Shown here piece by piece: positions 19,753 to 29,012 of a stretch of 64,000 bases of DNA. The notes under the pieces were generated by a model that worked only from the letters and a program-made list of their open reading frames with translations, was not told where the DNA came from and ran no database searches. Numbering within the stretch: the first letter of the stretch is position 1; every line of letters begins with the position of its first letter. The position numbers and the translations under genes are program-made. The stretch lies in assembly GCF_053078305.1 (NCBI RefSeq), contig NZ_CP166879.1. The stretch is one strand, 5' to 3'.

Positions 19753-21810
19753 ATGAATATTATGACGTCCAAATGGGTTCAACTATCATCAATGCCCGGA
19801 AACTTTACCGTTAAAGTTTCCGGTGGTACAGCGGCATTTCTTGAGGCTCCTTTTCCTCCGGCTGAAACGAAAGGAGGAATGACATTTGCTGACTGTCTCA
19901 TCAGTTTTAATACACAGGATTGCCTGTGGGTAAGGCCAGTATCCGGTGATCCGAACGTGGAAATTACCGGAGCGGGTATTGGTGCTGTCATTCCGTTAAG
20001 TGCTGATGTTGCCGGTACTACTGAACCGTCAGACTGGGATAATGCTGAAACACATACCCGTCCGGCAGGAAATGAAACGGCTTCCAGCTCCCCTTCCTGG
20101 TATTACGTGATTGTTATAGCCGGTCAGTCCAATGCTTCATCTTATGGTGAAGGGTTGCCCCTGCCGGATTCTTATGATCGTCCTGATCCACGTATTATGC
20201 AGCTGGCACGCAGGAATACACAAACCCCCGGAGGTATTCCCTGCAAATACAATGAAATCATTCCAGCAGATCACTGCCTTCATGATGTTCAGAATATGAG
20301 TCTGCTGAACCATCCAAAAGCAGACCTGAAAAAAGGGCAGTATGGTTGTGTGGGTCAGGGACTTCATATTGCGAAAAAAGTATTACCGGTGATTCCTGCT
20401 GATGCCGGGATTTTACTGGTTCCCTGTGCCCGTGGCGGCTCTGCTTTTACAACCGGCGCAGTTGGCTCATTCGATCCGGCAAGTGGTGCAGCCGAGGCGT
20501 CACTACGCTGGGGAGTGGATACCCCACTGTATCAGGATCTTGTCAGTCGAACGAAAGCGGCACTTGAGGCGAATCCAAAGAATGTGCTGTTATCTGTCGT
20601 ATGGATTCAGGGGGAAGGAGACCTTAAAGCGACCCCGGCCCAGCATGGTGCCCAGTTTACTGCGATGGTGAAAAAATTCCGTGCGGATCTTGGTGCTTTC
20701 TCCGGTCAGTGTATTGGTGGTTCATCAGACAGTGTGCCGTGGTTATGTGGTGACACAACCTATGACTGGAAAGAGAAGAACCCGGCGGCATATGAAACCA
20801 TTTATAGCGGATATAAAAACCGGGCTTCCGAGAACATTCACTTTGTTCCACTGATGCACGATGAGTTCGGTAATAAAACCGCGACCAACCTGCCGGAGCA
20901 CGACCCGGATATCGCTTCTGCCGGGTATTATGGTGCGGAATCACGGGGAGATGGCAACTGGACAACAGCATCCAGGGCAACCCATTTTAGCTCCTGGGCG
21001 CGCCGTTTTCTGGTCTCAGATCGTTTTGCATCAGCAATTCTTAAATATGCAGGTCTGACCTCTGCATTTATTGCCGGTGTGGCCCCTGATGGTGAAGCCC
21101 TGCCTCAGCCCGCGCCGGGTGGAAAACCGGAAGCTCCGACAGGTAGTCAGCCAGGAAGCAGTGAGTCCCCCCAGCCGACATCCCCGTCACTCCGTACGCT
21201 GCTTTCACTTAAAGCATCAGCAGGGGAAGCCCCGGCTCAGGGATGGAAAATTACAGATGGTACAATCCAGCTGACGGACGAAGGTAAAGCGCTGACCGTA
21301 TCCAAACAAAGCGGAAAAACCTGGTCACTTACCCATGCGACCAGTGCTGCCGGAGAGCTGTTGCAGCATGGTGGTCAGTTGACCTGTAAATTCCGTCTGT
21401 CAGGTGAAGTAAAAGAAGGCCAGTTTGCTCTGGGTATTTACCTCCACACCGATACGGTCCCGGAAGGTGTAACCATGAGTGGTACAGGCACACCGTTCCT
21501 GATGGCGTATTATCTCCAGACAACAGGCGGCCAGTTAAATCTGATGCACCATAAAACAGGGGGGAATACGAAACTGGGATCATTTGGAGCCTACAATAAC
21601 CAGTGGCATACACTTGTCCTGAAGTTTACGGCGGGAAGTGCCCAGGTAACGCCTGTGCTGGATGGCACTCCGGGCCAGGCATTCCAGATGGTGAAAGATG
21701 CACTTTCCCCTGCCAAAGATACGCTGACACTGACAGATGTCACCAAAGGGGCAACTTATGGCGTGTCTTTTGAGAGCGTTGTCCTTGAGGTTAATACCCC
21801 TGCGGCATAA
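19753..21810 (+). CDS. SASA/DUF303-type carbohydrate esterase with C-terminal beta-sandwich (lectin-like) domain; accessory gene
   Basis: 685-aa ORF; GQSN motif (IAGQSNASSYGEG) about 120 aa from the N-terminus, typical of sialate-O-acetylesterase-like SGNH enzymes. No obvious signal peptide. Not part of the Mu core. Confidence 0.6.
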   Translation: MNIMTSKWVQLSSMPGNFTVKVSGGTAAFLEAPFPPAETKGGMTFADCLISFNTQDCLWVRPVSGDPNVEITGAGIGAVIPLSADVAGTTEPSDWDNAETHTRPAGNETASSSPSWYYVIVIAGQSNASSYGEGLPLPDSYDRPDPRIMQLARRNTQTPGGIPCKYNEIIPADHCLHDVQNMSLLNHPKADLKKGQYGCVGQGLHIAKKVLPVIPADAGILLVPCARGGSAFTTGAVGSFDPASGAAEASLRWGVDTPLYQDLVSRTKAALEANPKNVLLSVVWIQGEGDLKATPAQHGAQFTAMVKKFRADLGAFSGQCIGGSSDSVPWLCGDTTYDWKEKNPAAYETIYSGYKNRASENIHFVPLMHDEFGNKTATNLPEHDPDIASAGYYGAESRGDGNWTTASRATHFSSWARRFLVSDRFASAILKYAGLTSAFIAGVAPDGEALPQPAPGGKPEAPTGSQPGSSESPQPTSPSLRTLLSLKASAGEAPAQGWKITDGTIQLTDEGKALTVSKQSGKTWSLTHATSAAGELLQHGGQLTCKFRLSGEVKEGQFALGIYLHTDTVPEGVTMSGTGTPFLMAYYLQTTGGQLNLMHHKTGGNTKLGSFGAYNNQWHTLVLKFTAGSAQVTPVLDGTPGQAFQMVKDALSPAKDTLTLTDVTKGATYGVSFESVVLEVNTPAA

Positions 21811-21867
21811 TCGTGACGGCCGGGAATTTATCCGGCTGTAACATCAGTTAATAAGAGTGAGGCTTAT

Positions 21868-22047
21868 ATGACATATATAAACGTCTGCCTGCTGTATTTC
21901 TGCACGGTGGTTTGTTGTCTGTTGCTTGTCAGCGGTGGTTATAAAATTATTCGCAATTATTTTCGAAATAAAATTGATGCAGCTGCCGAGGAAAAGATAA
22001 AAAGCGGTGCTGTAATGCCGCAGCCGAAAGACTCCGGTCAGATTTAA
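21868..22047 (+). CDS. Small hydrophobic (probable membrane) peptide, 59 aa
   Basis: ATG with SD GAGTGAGG; N-terminus VCLLYFCTVVCCLLLV is strongly hydrophobic. Below the ORF-track length cutoff. Confidence 0.4.
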   Translation: MTYINVCLLYFCTVVCCLLLVSGGYKIIRNYFRNKIDAAAEEKIKSGAVMPQPKDSGQI

Positions 22048-22082
22048 TTTTTTGTGAACCAGAAAAGGAAAGGAGAATATTC

Positions 22083-22328
22083 ATGCCAGAGATTAAAGGC
22101 ACGGTTACTGAAGAGCTTGTCAAACAGGCACTTTATTCTGAAGAAGTGAACCGCGTGCTGAAGGCGCAGGTTCGCAAGGATTTTGAGGCACAAATCGACG
22201 CATATGTTGATGAAGTGCTGGCCCGAATGGTTGGCCATTCTCCGGCTGAAAACAGCACGGAGAATGAGCCTCAGCCCGTAGAGCAACCAGAGCCGGTTCA
22301 GCCCGGAACTGACAGTGCCATGATGTAA
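22083..22328 (+). CDS. Hypothetical acidic protein, 81 aa
   Basis: Strong SD (AAAGGAAAGGAGA) 6 nt upstream of the ATG. Confidence 0.45.
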   Translation: MPEIKGTVTEELVKQALYSEEVNRVLKAQVRKDFEAQIDAYVDEVLARMVGHSPAENSTENEPQPVEQPEPVQPGTDSAMM

Positions 22329-22402
22329 CAATACAAACCGACAGCTTCTCCTGTCGGTTTGATTTTCATGGGCGATGTATATACCAGTCAGAGGAAATAA
22401 TC

Positions 22403-22603
22403 ATGGACAAGAACAAAAAGCAGCCCGATACCAAAGGTCTGGAAATATTAAGCGCAGAAATTATCAATGCGCTACGTTCAGGACTTGATGAAAATACATT
22501 ACAGGATCGAAACTTCACCACTGCAATGTGGATAGCGATGCAGATCCTGTGTACCCCAAGATGCGCTATTTTTGCGGTTCGTGAGGGTCAGTTGACTCGC
22601 TGA
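22403..22603 (+). CDS. Hypothetical protein, 66 aa
   Basis: ORF with SD-like AGAGGAAA upstream. Confidence 0.4.
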   Translation: MDKNKKQPDTKGLEILSAEIINALRSGLDENTLQDRNFTTAMWIAMQILCTPRCAIFAVREGQLTR

Positions 22604-22772
22604 TTGCCCGAATTACATCAGAAAAGCACGCGTTCCATAATTGCATAGCTGATGAATCACCAGCTGTATGAAAAGAGGTAAAGACACAACTGGTGGATGT
22701 CATTGCTGCAATTGTGATATCAGCTGCAATTCGCGCAGCCTGTAACTTTTGGTCGGTGGTCAGTTTATCCAT
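22566..22772 (-). CDS. Hypothetical small protein, 68 aa (convergent with and overlapping the previous ORF)
   Basis: Minus-strand ORF; internal ATG (MDKLTTDQK...) preceded by AGGAGA. Confidence 0.3.
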   Translation of the reverse strand: MDKLTTDQKLQAARIAADITIAAMTSTSCVFTSFHTAGDSSAMQLWNACFSDVIRAISESTDPHEPQK

Positions 22773-22845
22773 TTTCTCCTGCCTGAACAGATGCATCTCT
22801 GCTTTACAGGAGGCCGGGGAATATCATAGGATACACCACGAGCTC

Positions 22846-23000
22846 AGAGTGAAGCATTGATGCAGTTTTTTACAGATTGACCCAGAATAGTTCGCGCTAT
22901 CTGAGTCGCCATTTATGTAGTCCCGAAGTAAAGCATTGATGCAAACTTGTCTAAATCGGCCCAGCATAGTTCCAGCTATGCTGGGTTTCCCTTTTATGTA
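22846..23000. repeat. Two tandem ~77-bp direct repeat units, each with AAGCATTGATGCA box plus hairpin plus TTTATGTAGT
   Basis: Copy 2 contains a perfect 10-bp inverted repeat CCCAGCATAG/CTATGCTGGG followed by a T-rich run; copy 1 is a degenerate version. Confidence 0.6.
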
Positions 23001-23184
23001 GTATCCTGTTGATTTGAAACATACTACATATACGCGCGATCCTACCTTCACTGGATAAAAAGTCAATAAAATGATCATTTTATGATCGTTTTCACCACCT
23101 AACTCTTCGTTTTCTTTAAGTAAATAATCACCGCCCTGAATCATTGTTGATGACTTTTCAATCTATTTGTTGTATCAATTAAAC

Positions 23185-23215
23185 AAATCGAATCGATCGT
23201 TTTTGTCGATCGATT
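23185..23215 (+). promoter_or_regulatory. GATC cluster upstream of com (putative Dam/OxyR-controlled mom promoter region)
   Basis: GATC at 23195 and 23208 within a short dyad; further GATC at 23038, 23073, 23084. Confidence 0.45.
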
Positions 23216-23258
23216 GCATGAGAAAGGCATCAACAACAAAGCAGGAGGTTATGCGGCC

Positions 23259-23459
23259 ATGTATCGAAACATACGGTGCCGACACTGCAATAAGCTACTG
23301 GCACGGGCCAGTTTCAGTTATCTGGAAGTAAAATGTCCGCGCTGTAAAACCCTCAATCAAATCACATCTCCGAGCGCCACAGAGCACCCCACATACACAA
23401 GGAAATCCTGTCGTGGGGAACAGAAAGCAAGTCACATCCCGTATCATCAGCACGCCTGA
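23259..23459 (+). CDS. com: Com zinc-finger translational activator of mom
   Basis: Motif [29 protein letters not shown]...EHPT aligns with the Mu Com C4 zinc finger as recalled; SD GCAGGAGG 10 nt upstream of the ATG at 23259. Confidence 0.75.
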   Translation: MYRNIRCRHCNKLLARASFSYLEVKCPRCKTLNQITSPSATEHPTYTRKSCRGEQKASHIPYHQHA

Positions 23460-24150
23460 ACTTATTCGCTATAACGACAATATCGTTGGTTATGGTTCCC
23501 GTGAGTTGCGGGTTGAGACAATAAGTTGCTGGCTGGCCAGACTGGTTATCGTCAATAAACATTACAGCCACCGTTTCGTAAATAACTCCTACCTTCATCT
23601 GGGCATATTTTCAGAACGGGAACTTGTTGGCGTAATGCAATGGGGTTACGCCCTTAACCCAAACAGTGGTGCACGCGTCGTAACGGGTACGCAGAACCGA
23701 GAATATATGGAGCTGAACCGGCTATGGATGCATGACTGTATGCCGAGAAACTCCGAATCAAGGGCAATCAGTTACGCGCTCAAGCTAATCAGGCAGCTTT
23801 ATCCGCAGGTACAGTGGGTTCAGTCGTTTGCAGATGAGCGTTGTGGCTGTCTTGGTGTCGTGTATCAGGCAAGCAATTTTGATTATGTAGGCAGCCATGA
23901 AACAATATTCTATGAACTTGATGGCGAGTGGTATCACGAGATTTGCAGGAATGCCATTAAACGAGGCGGACAACGAGGTGAACATCTGAGGGCTAATATC
24001 GACAGAGCCAGTGTGCATAAGTTCCGACAGTTTCGTTACATCCGGTTTCTGAACAAGAGGGCCAGAAAACGCCTCAACACAAAGCTATTCAAAGTCCAGC
24101 CTTACCCAAAACCACAAACAGTTAAAACTGGTTTGAAAGAGAGTGAATGA
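23413..24150 (+). CDS. mom: Mom-like DNA modification protein
   Basis: 245-aa ORF overlapping the com 3' end, last gene before the prophage right end as in Mu; start codon uncertain. Confidence 0.65.
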   Translation: MGNRKQVTSRIISTPELIRYNDNIVGYGSRELRVETISCWLARLVIVNKHYSHRFVNNSYLHLGIFSERELVGVMQWGYALNPNSGARVVTGTQNREYMELNRLWMHDCMPRNSESRAISYALKLIRQLYPQVQWVQSFADERCGCLGVVYQASNFDYVGSHETIFYELDGEWYHEICRNAIKRGGQRGEHLRANIDRASVHKFRQFRYIRFLNKRARKRLNTKLFKVQPYPKPQTVKTGLKESE

Positions 24151-24295
24151 GCGCTTAAAAACTCATTCTAAAACTCAAAAGAAAAGCGCCGATTTAGTAT
24201 CAAATAAGTTGCGTATCGGCGTTTTTCAGCGGTATCAAATGAAATGCAAATCGGTATCAAAAAAATCGCCGCGCTATATGCCGCTGACCACAGCA
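24150..24295. other. Mu-like prophage right end (transposase-binding repeats) and junction with lambdoid Z remnant
   Basis: Repeated CGGTATC / GCGTTTTTCAGCGG motifs resembling MuA end-binding sites; sequence ends ...ACCACA (terminal CA) just before lambda-like coding sequence resumes. Confidence 0.35.
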
Positions 24296-24391
24296 TTTAA
24301 ACAGAATATTGAACGTATCCGGCGTGAACGCCTGCCAGAAGAACTGGCATATGCGCTGAAACAACAACTGAGGATTGCGATAAAACGATGA
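24296..24391 (+). pseudogene. 3' fragment of lambda Z-like tail gene, disrupted by the Mu-like insertion
   Basis: Short reading frame ending in ATGA overlap with the U start, as at a lambda Z/U junction; no N-terminal part present. Confidence 0.4.
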
Positions 24392-24783
24392 AACATACTG
24401 ATATCCGTGCAGCCGTACTGGATGCACTGGAGAAGCATGACACCGGGGCGACGCTGTTTGATGGTCGCCCCGCTGTTTTTGAGGAGGCGGATTTTCCGGC
24501 GGTCGCGGTTTATCTGACGGATGCAGAGTATACCGGTGAAGAGCTGGATGCTGATACCTGGCGGGCCACACTGCATATTGAGGTGTTTTTACCGGCACAG
24601 GTACCGGATTCAGAGCTTGATCAGTGGATGGAAAGCCGGATTTACCCGGCGATGGCGGCGATCCCTGCACTGGCAGGCATGATTACCACGATGGTTACGC
24701 AGGGCTATGAGTATCGTCGTGATGACGATATGGCATTGTGGAGCTCTGCAGATCTGACTTATTCCATTACATACGAGATGTGA
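24388..24783 (+). CDS. U: Minor tail protein U
   Basis: 131 aa, near-identical to lambda gpU as recalled ([22 protein letters not shown]...). Confidence 0.9.
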   Translation: MKHTDIRAAVLDALEKHDTGATLFDGRPAVFEEADFPAVAVYLTDAEYTGEELDADTWRATLHIEVFLPAQVPDSELDQWMESRIYPAMAAIPALAGMITTMVTQGYEYRRDDDMALWSSADLTYSITYEM

Positions 24784-24790
24784 GGATGAT

Positions 24791-25540
24791 ATGGCAACAC
24801 CAAATCCCCTGGCGCCGGTAAAAGGTTCCGGCACCACGCTCTGGGTTTACACCGGTAAGGGCGATGCTTATGCAAACCCGCTGTCAGATGATGAGTGGAC
24901 GCGTCTGGCAAAAATAAAGGATCTGACCCCCGGCGAGATGACGGCGGAATCCTACGACGATAACTATCTGGATGATGAGGATGCTGACTGGGTATCCACC
25001 GGGCAGGGGCAGAAATCTGCCGGTGACACCAGTTTTACGCTGGCCTGGAAGCCCGGCGAGAAAGGGCAGCGTGATTTGATTGCCTGGTTTGACAGCAGTG
25101 AGACCCGGGCCTACAAAATCCGCTTCCCGAACGGTACGGTGGATGTGTTCCGTGGCTGGGTGAGCGCCATTGGTAAAGCGGTGACTGCCAAAGAAGTGAT
25201 TACCCGTACGGTAAAAATCACCAATATTGGTCGTCCGTCGCTGGCGGAGGATCGGGGAGAAATCACACCGGTCACCGGTATTACCGTGACGCCACTAACG
25301 GGGAATGTGGCAAAAGGTCAGAGCACCACCCTGACTGTGGCCGTTCAGCCGGAAGGCGCAACGGATAAAACATTCCGCGCAACGTCGGCAAATCAGAATT
25401 TCGCCACCATTACCGTGAAAGGGAACACGATCACCGTGAAAGGTGTTGCGGCAGGTAAAGCGCAGATCCCTGTTGTCACCGGCAACGGTGAGTTTGCGGC
25501 GGTGGCGGAGATCACCGTTACGGATGGCGCTGCGGGCTGA
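24791..25540 (+). CDS. V: Major tail protein V (with C-terminal Ig-like domain)
   Basis: 249 aa, lambda V-like N-terminus. Confidence 0.9.
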   Translation: MATPNPLAPVKGSGTTLWVYTGKGDAYANPLSDDEWTRLAKIKDLTPGEMTAESYDDNYLDDEDADWVSTGQGQKSAGDTSFTLAWKPGEKGQRDLIAWFDSSETRAYKIRFPNGTVDVFRGWVSAIGKAVTAKEVITRTVKITNIGRPSLAEDRGEITPVTGITVTPLTGNVAKGQSTTLTVAVQPEGATDKTFRATSANQNFATITVKGNTITVKGVAAGKAQIPVVTGNGEFAAVAEITVTDGAAG

Positions 25541-25556
25541 GGGGAGGAGATCAAGC

Positions 25557-25979
25557 ATGTTCCTGAAAACAGAACAATTTGAATATAACGGTGTGTCCGT
25601 CACGCTGTCGGAACTGTCCGCGCTGCAGCGGTTTGATTATATAAAGTTTGTTTCAGACGCAGCACAACAGGAGACAACGGAGCATGATGCCGTGCACATT
25701 AACCAGCGATATCTGGAAACGGCATCCCTGCTTGTGGCGATGTCGCTATGGCATTCCCATTCCCTCAAAGGCACTCTGGCCTCTCCGGAGACAGAGATGC
25801 AGCAGATCCGCCGTGAAGTGATGCTGGGATGGCCTGCTGATGCACTGAATCAGGCAACGAACCGGGTGCTTTATCTTTCAGGTATGCTGGATAACCGGCA
25901 CGATGCCGATCCTGAACAAACCGGGAAAGCAGAAGCGACTGAGCCGGTAACATCAAAAAAGCATTCGAAGGCGAGCTGA
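25557..25979 (+). CDS. G: Tail assembly chaperone G
   Basis: ATG at 25557 with SD GAGGGGAGGAG; about 140 aa. Confidence 0.85.
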   Translation: MFLKTEQFEYNGVSVTLSELSALQRFDYIKFVSDAAQQETTEHDAVHINQRYLETASLLVAMSLWHSHSLKGTLASPETEMQQIRREVMLGWPADALNQATNRVLYLSGMLDNRHDADPEQTGKAEATEPVTSKKHSKAS

Positions 25980-26419
25980 ACTTTGTCCTGAAACTGGCGC
26001 GTGAGATGGGGAGAGCCGACTGGCGCGCCATGCTTGCCGGGATGACATCCACCGAATATGCCGACTGGCGACGTTTTTACTGCACGCATTATTTTCAGGA
26101 TACCCAACTGGACGCTCATTTTTCCGGGCTGATGTACGCCGTACTCAGCCTGTTTTTTGGCGATCCGGATATGCATCCGGCGGATTTCAGTCTGCTTGCT
26201 CCAGCGTGTGAGGAAGAGCAGACGGAGATGCCGGACGAGGAAGAAATGCTGATGCAGAAAGCGACAGGAGTTGCCGGAGGCGTCCGGTTCGGAGGGGACG
26301 GGGGACGCGATATTTCACCTTCTGCGGATGTGGTGGATGTCAGCGAGGATGATGTTGCATTAATGATGGCTTCAGCGGGGATTTCCGGAGGTGTGAGATA
26401 TGTCCCAGCCAGCGGGTGA
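25557..26419 (+). CDS. T: Tail assembly chaperone G-T fusion via programmed -1 frameshift at 25955-25961
   Basis: T ORF is in the -1 frame; zero-frame heptamer A-AAA-AAG near the end of G. Confidence 0.7.
25955..25961 (+). other. Slippery heptamer A_AAA_AAG (-1 programmed frameshift site)
   Basis: Zero-frame codons TCA-AAA-AAG; the -1 frame continues uninterrupted into the T ORF. Confidence 0.7.
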
Positions 26420-29012
26420 TCTGGTTATTGATTTGAGTCTGGATGCGGCCCGGTTTGATGAACAGATGGCCCGGGTACGCCGTCATTTTTCCAGTCTGGA
26501 GGCGGATGCCAGAAAAACCGCCAGTACTGTTGAACAGGGGCTGAGCCGACAGGCGCTGGCTGCACAAAAAGCCGGGATATCAGTCGGACAGTATAAGGCT
26601 GCCATGCGCACACTGCCCGCACAGTTCACGGATATTGTCACTCAGCTTGCCGGTGGTCAGAATCCCTTCCTTATCATGCTGCAGCAGGGGGGGCAGATCA
26701 GCGATTCATTCGGTGGACCGCTCAGCCTGCTTACCCTGCTGAAGGAGGAACTTCTCGGGATCAGGGATGCCTCTGAATCATCAGAGGATTCGCTGTCAGA
26801 TACGGCAAATGCTCTGGCTGAAAATGCCCGGAATGCCGGTGAACTGGGACGATTTATGTCGGTGGCCCGTGTGGCGGCAGGTGGCGGGGTTGCCGTACTG
26901 GCCGCGCTTGCTGCTGCCGCCTGGCAGGCAGAGCAGGCTGACCGGGCCTTATTGCGTTCACTGACCCTGACCGGAGGGGCGGCTGCCACCACAACGGCCG
27001 AATTGTGGAAAATGGCCGGGGTGATCAGCGATGAAGCCGGTGGTGGTATCAGACAGGCGGCAGAAAATCTGGCCCGTCTGGCAGAAAGCGGGAAATATAC
27101 CGCCGGGCAGCTACGGATCATGGGGGAAACCTCTCAGAGATGGCTGCAGACGGTGGGGGACGATGCCGGGAAGGTGGAAAAAGCCTTTGAAGGGATTGCA
27201 GCAGATCCGGTGAAGGCGCTGGCCTCCCTGAATCAGCAGTATAACTTCCTGAGCGTTTCCCAGTTACGCCATATTGATGAGCTTGAGCGCACGAAAGGTA
27301 AACAGGCTGCGGTGACGGAGGCGATGTCCCTGTTTGCGGATGTTATGAATGCACGTCTGGAGCAACTTGATAAAGCGGCCACGCCGGTGGAAAAAATCTG
27401 GGACGATGTTAAAACCTGGACTTCTGACGCATGGGCATGGATAGGTGATCATACACTGGGGGCACTCAGTCTGATCACTGACGTGGTGGCAGGAACCGTT
27501 GAACAGGTGAAGCTGCTGCTTGTGCAGGGGGATCTGGCGCTGGCTGAATTTATTCAGTCAGCCTGGGAAACGACAAAGAATGTGCCCGGCGTTGGTGCGT
27601 TGTTTGGTGAACTGGCAGAAGAGAACCGCGTATTTATTGAGAAAACAAAACGCGATGAACTGGCGCTGAGAAAATCCATTGCGGAACGGGATGCGCGTAT
27701 ACGCCAGGGGGAAATGGGGTACATCAACCGTTCGCGTGCAACAGGCGTCAGCAAAGGTCCGGGGCAGCAGGAAGCCGTCAGCCGTCTGGCTGAAGAGCTG
27801 ACAGGTAAAAAGCATACATCACCGAAAACGCGCTCTGCCGGGGAGAGGGAAGAGGAGCAGGCAAGAGAGGCTCTGCTTGCCCTTGAAGCTGAACTCAGGA
27901 CGCTGGAAAAACACAGCGGTGCGAATGAGAAAATCAGCCGGCAACGCCGTGATTTATGGAAGGCGGAAAGTCAGTATGCGGTCCTGAAAGAGGCTGCCAC
28001 GAAACGACAGTTATCCGGGCAGGAAAAATCCCTGCTGGCCCATGAGAAAGAGACGCTGGAGTACAAACGCCAGCTGGCTGAGCTGGGCGACAAGGTTGAA
28101 TACCAGAAACGCCTGAATGAGCTGGCACAGCAGGCGGCACGGTTTGAAGAGCAGCAGAGCGCGAAGCAGGCCGCCATCAGCGCAAAAGCCCGTGGTCTCA
28201 CTGACCGTCAGGCGCAGCGGGAGTCTGAAGCGCAGCGTCTTCGTGACGTGTATGGCGATAATCCGCAGGCGCTGGCACAGGTCACCGGGGCACTGAAACA
28301 GACATGGGCGGATGAAGACATGCTGCGCGGTGACTGGCTGGCCGGGCTGAAGTCCGGCTGGGGCGAGTGGGCAGAAAGTGCGACGGACAGTTTTTCGCAG
28401 GTTAAAAGTGCTGCCACGCAGACCTTTGACGGTATTGCGCAGAATATGGCGGCGATGCTGACCGGTGCAGAGGCAGACTGGCGGGGATTCACCCGTTCGG
28501 TGCTGTCCATGATGACAGAAATCCTGCTTAAACAGGCCATGGTGGGAATTGTCGGGCGTATCGGCAGTGCCATTGGTGGTGCTTTCGGTGGTGGTGCATC
28601 TGCTTCCTCGGGGACGGCCATTGAGGCTGCGGCGGCGAACTTCCATTTCGCGACCGGAGGATTTACGGGGACGGGCGGCAAATATGAGCCTGCGGGGATA
28701 GTTCACCGCGGGGAGTTTGTTTTCACGAAAGAGGCAACCAGCCGGATAGGTGTGGGGAATCTTTACCGTCTGATGCGCGGGTATGCGGAAGGTGGTTATG
28801 TGGGTGCTGCCGGAAGTCCGGCGCAGATGCGGCGGGCGGAAGGTATTAATTTTAATCAGAACAATCACGTGGTGATTCAGAACGACGGTATCAACGGACA
28901 GGCGGGGCCGCAGCTGATGAAGGCGGTGTATGACATGGCCCGTAAGGGGGCGCAGGATGAACTCCGGCTGCAGTTACGTGATGGCGGTATGTTATCAGGG
29001 AGCGGGCGATGA
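26400..29012 (+). CDS. H: Tail tape measure protein H
   Basis: 870 aa; N- and C-terminal regions closely resemble lambda H. Confidence 0.9.
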   Translation: MSQPAGDLVIDLSLDAARFDEQMARVRRHFSSLEADARKTASTVEQGLSRQALAAQKAGISVGQYKAAMRTLPAQFTDIVTQLAGGQNPFLIMLQQGGQISDSFGGPLSLLTLLKEELLGIRDASESSEDSLSDTANALAENARNAGELGRFMSVARVAAGGGVAVLAALAAAAWQAEQADRALLRSLTLTGGAAATTTAELWKMAGVISDEAGGGIRQAAENLARLAESGKYTAGQLRIMGETSQRWLQTVGDDAGKVEKAFEGIAADPVKALASLNQQYNFLSVSQLRHIDELERTKGKQAAVTEAMSLFADVMNARLEQLDKAATPVEKIWDDVKTWTSDAWAWIGDHTLGALSLITDVVAGTVEQVKLLLVQGDLALAEFIQSAWETTKNVPGVGALFGELAEENRVFIEKTKRDELALRKSIAERDARIRQGEMGYINRSRATGVSKGPGQQEAVSRLAEELTGKKHTSPKTRSAGEREEEQAREALLALEAELRTLEKHSGANEKISRQRRDLWKAESQYAVLKEAATKRQLSGQEKSLLAHEKETLEYKRQLAELGDKVEYQKRLNELAQQAARFEEQQSAKQAAISAKARGLTDRQAQRESEAQRLRDVYGDNPQALAQVTGALKQTWADEDMLRGDWLAGLKSGWGEWAESATDSFSQVKSAATQTFDGIAQNMAAMLTGAEADWRGFTRSVLSMMTEILLKQAMVGIVGRIGSAIGGAFGGGASASSGTAIEAAAANFHFATGGFTGTGGKYEPAGIVHRGEFVFTKEATSRIGVGNLYRLMRGYAEGGYVGAAGSPAQMRRAEGINFNQNNHVVIQNDGINGQAGPQLMKAVYDMARKGAQDELRLQLRDGGMLSGSGR

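Larger units (their letters stand above)
1..24295. mobile_element. Mu-like transposable prophage, right ~24 kb (portal through com-mom); left part lies upstream of the window
   Basis: Colinear Mu late-gene order H-F-G-I-T-gp35..38-L-M-gp41-Y-N-P-gp45..48-S-U-invertible segment-gin-com-mom read from translated ORFs. Right boundary approximate (24250-24300). Confidence 0.8.

Noticed and set aside
22824-23144. 106-aa minus-strand ORF spanning the tandem repeats
   Set aside because: Runs across non-coding repeat and hairpin units and the AT-rich mom regulatory region; no SD.
25923-25929. GGGAAAG as the G-T slippery site (as in lambda)
   Set aside because: Out of phase with the G reading frame; the in-phase A_AAA_AAG at 25955 is the better candidate.
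28011-28868. 285-aa minus-strand ORF
   Set aside because: Antisense within the tape measure gene H.
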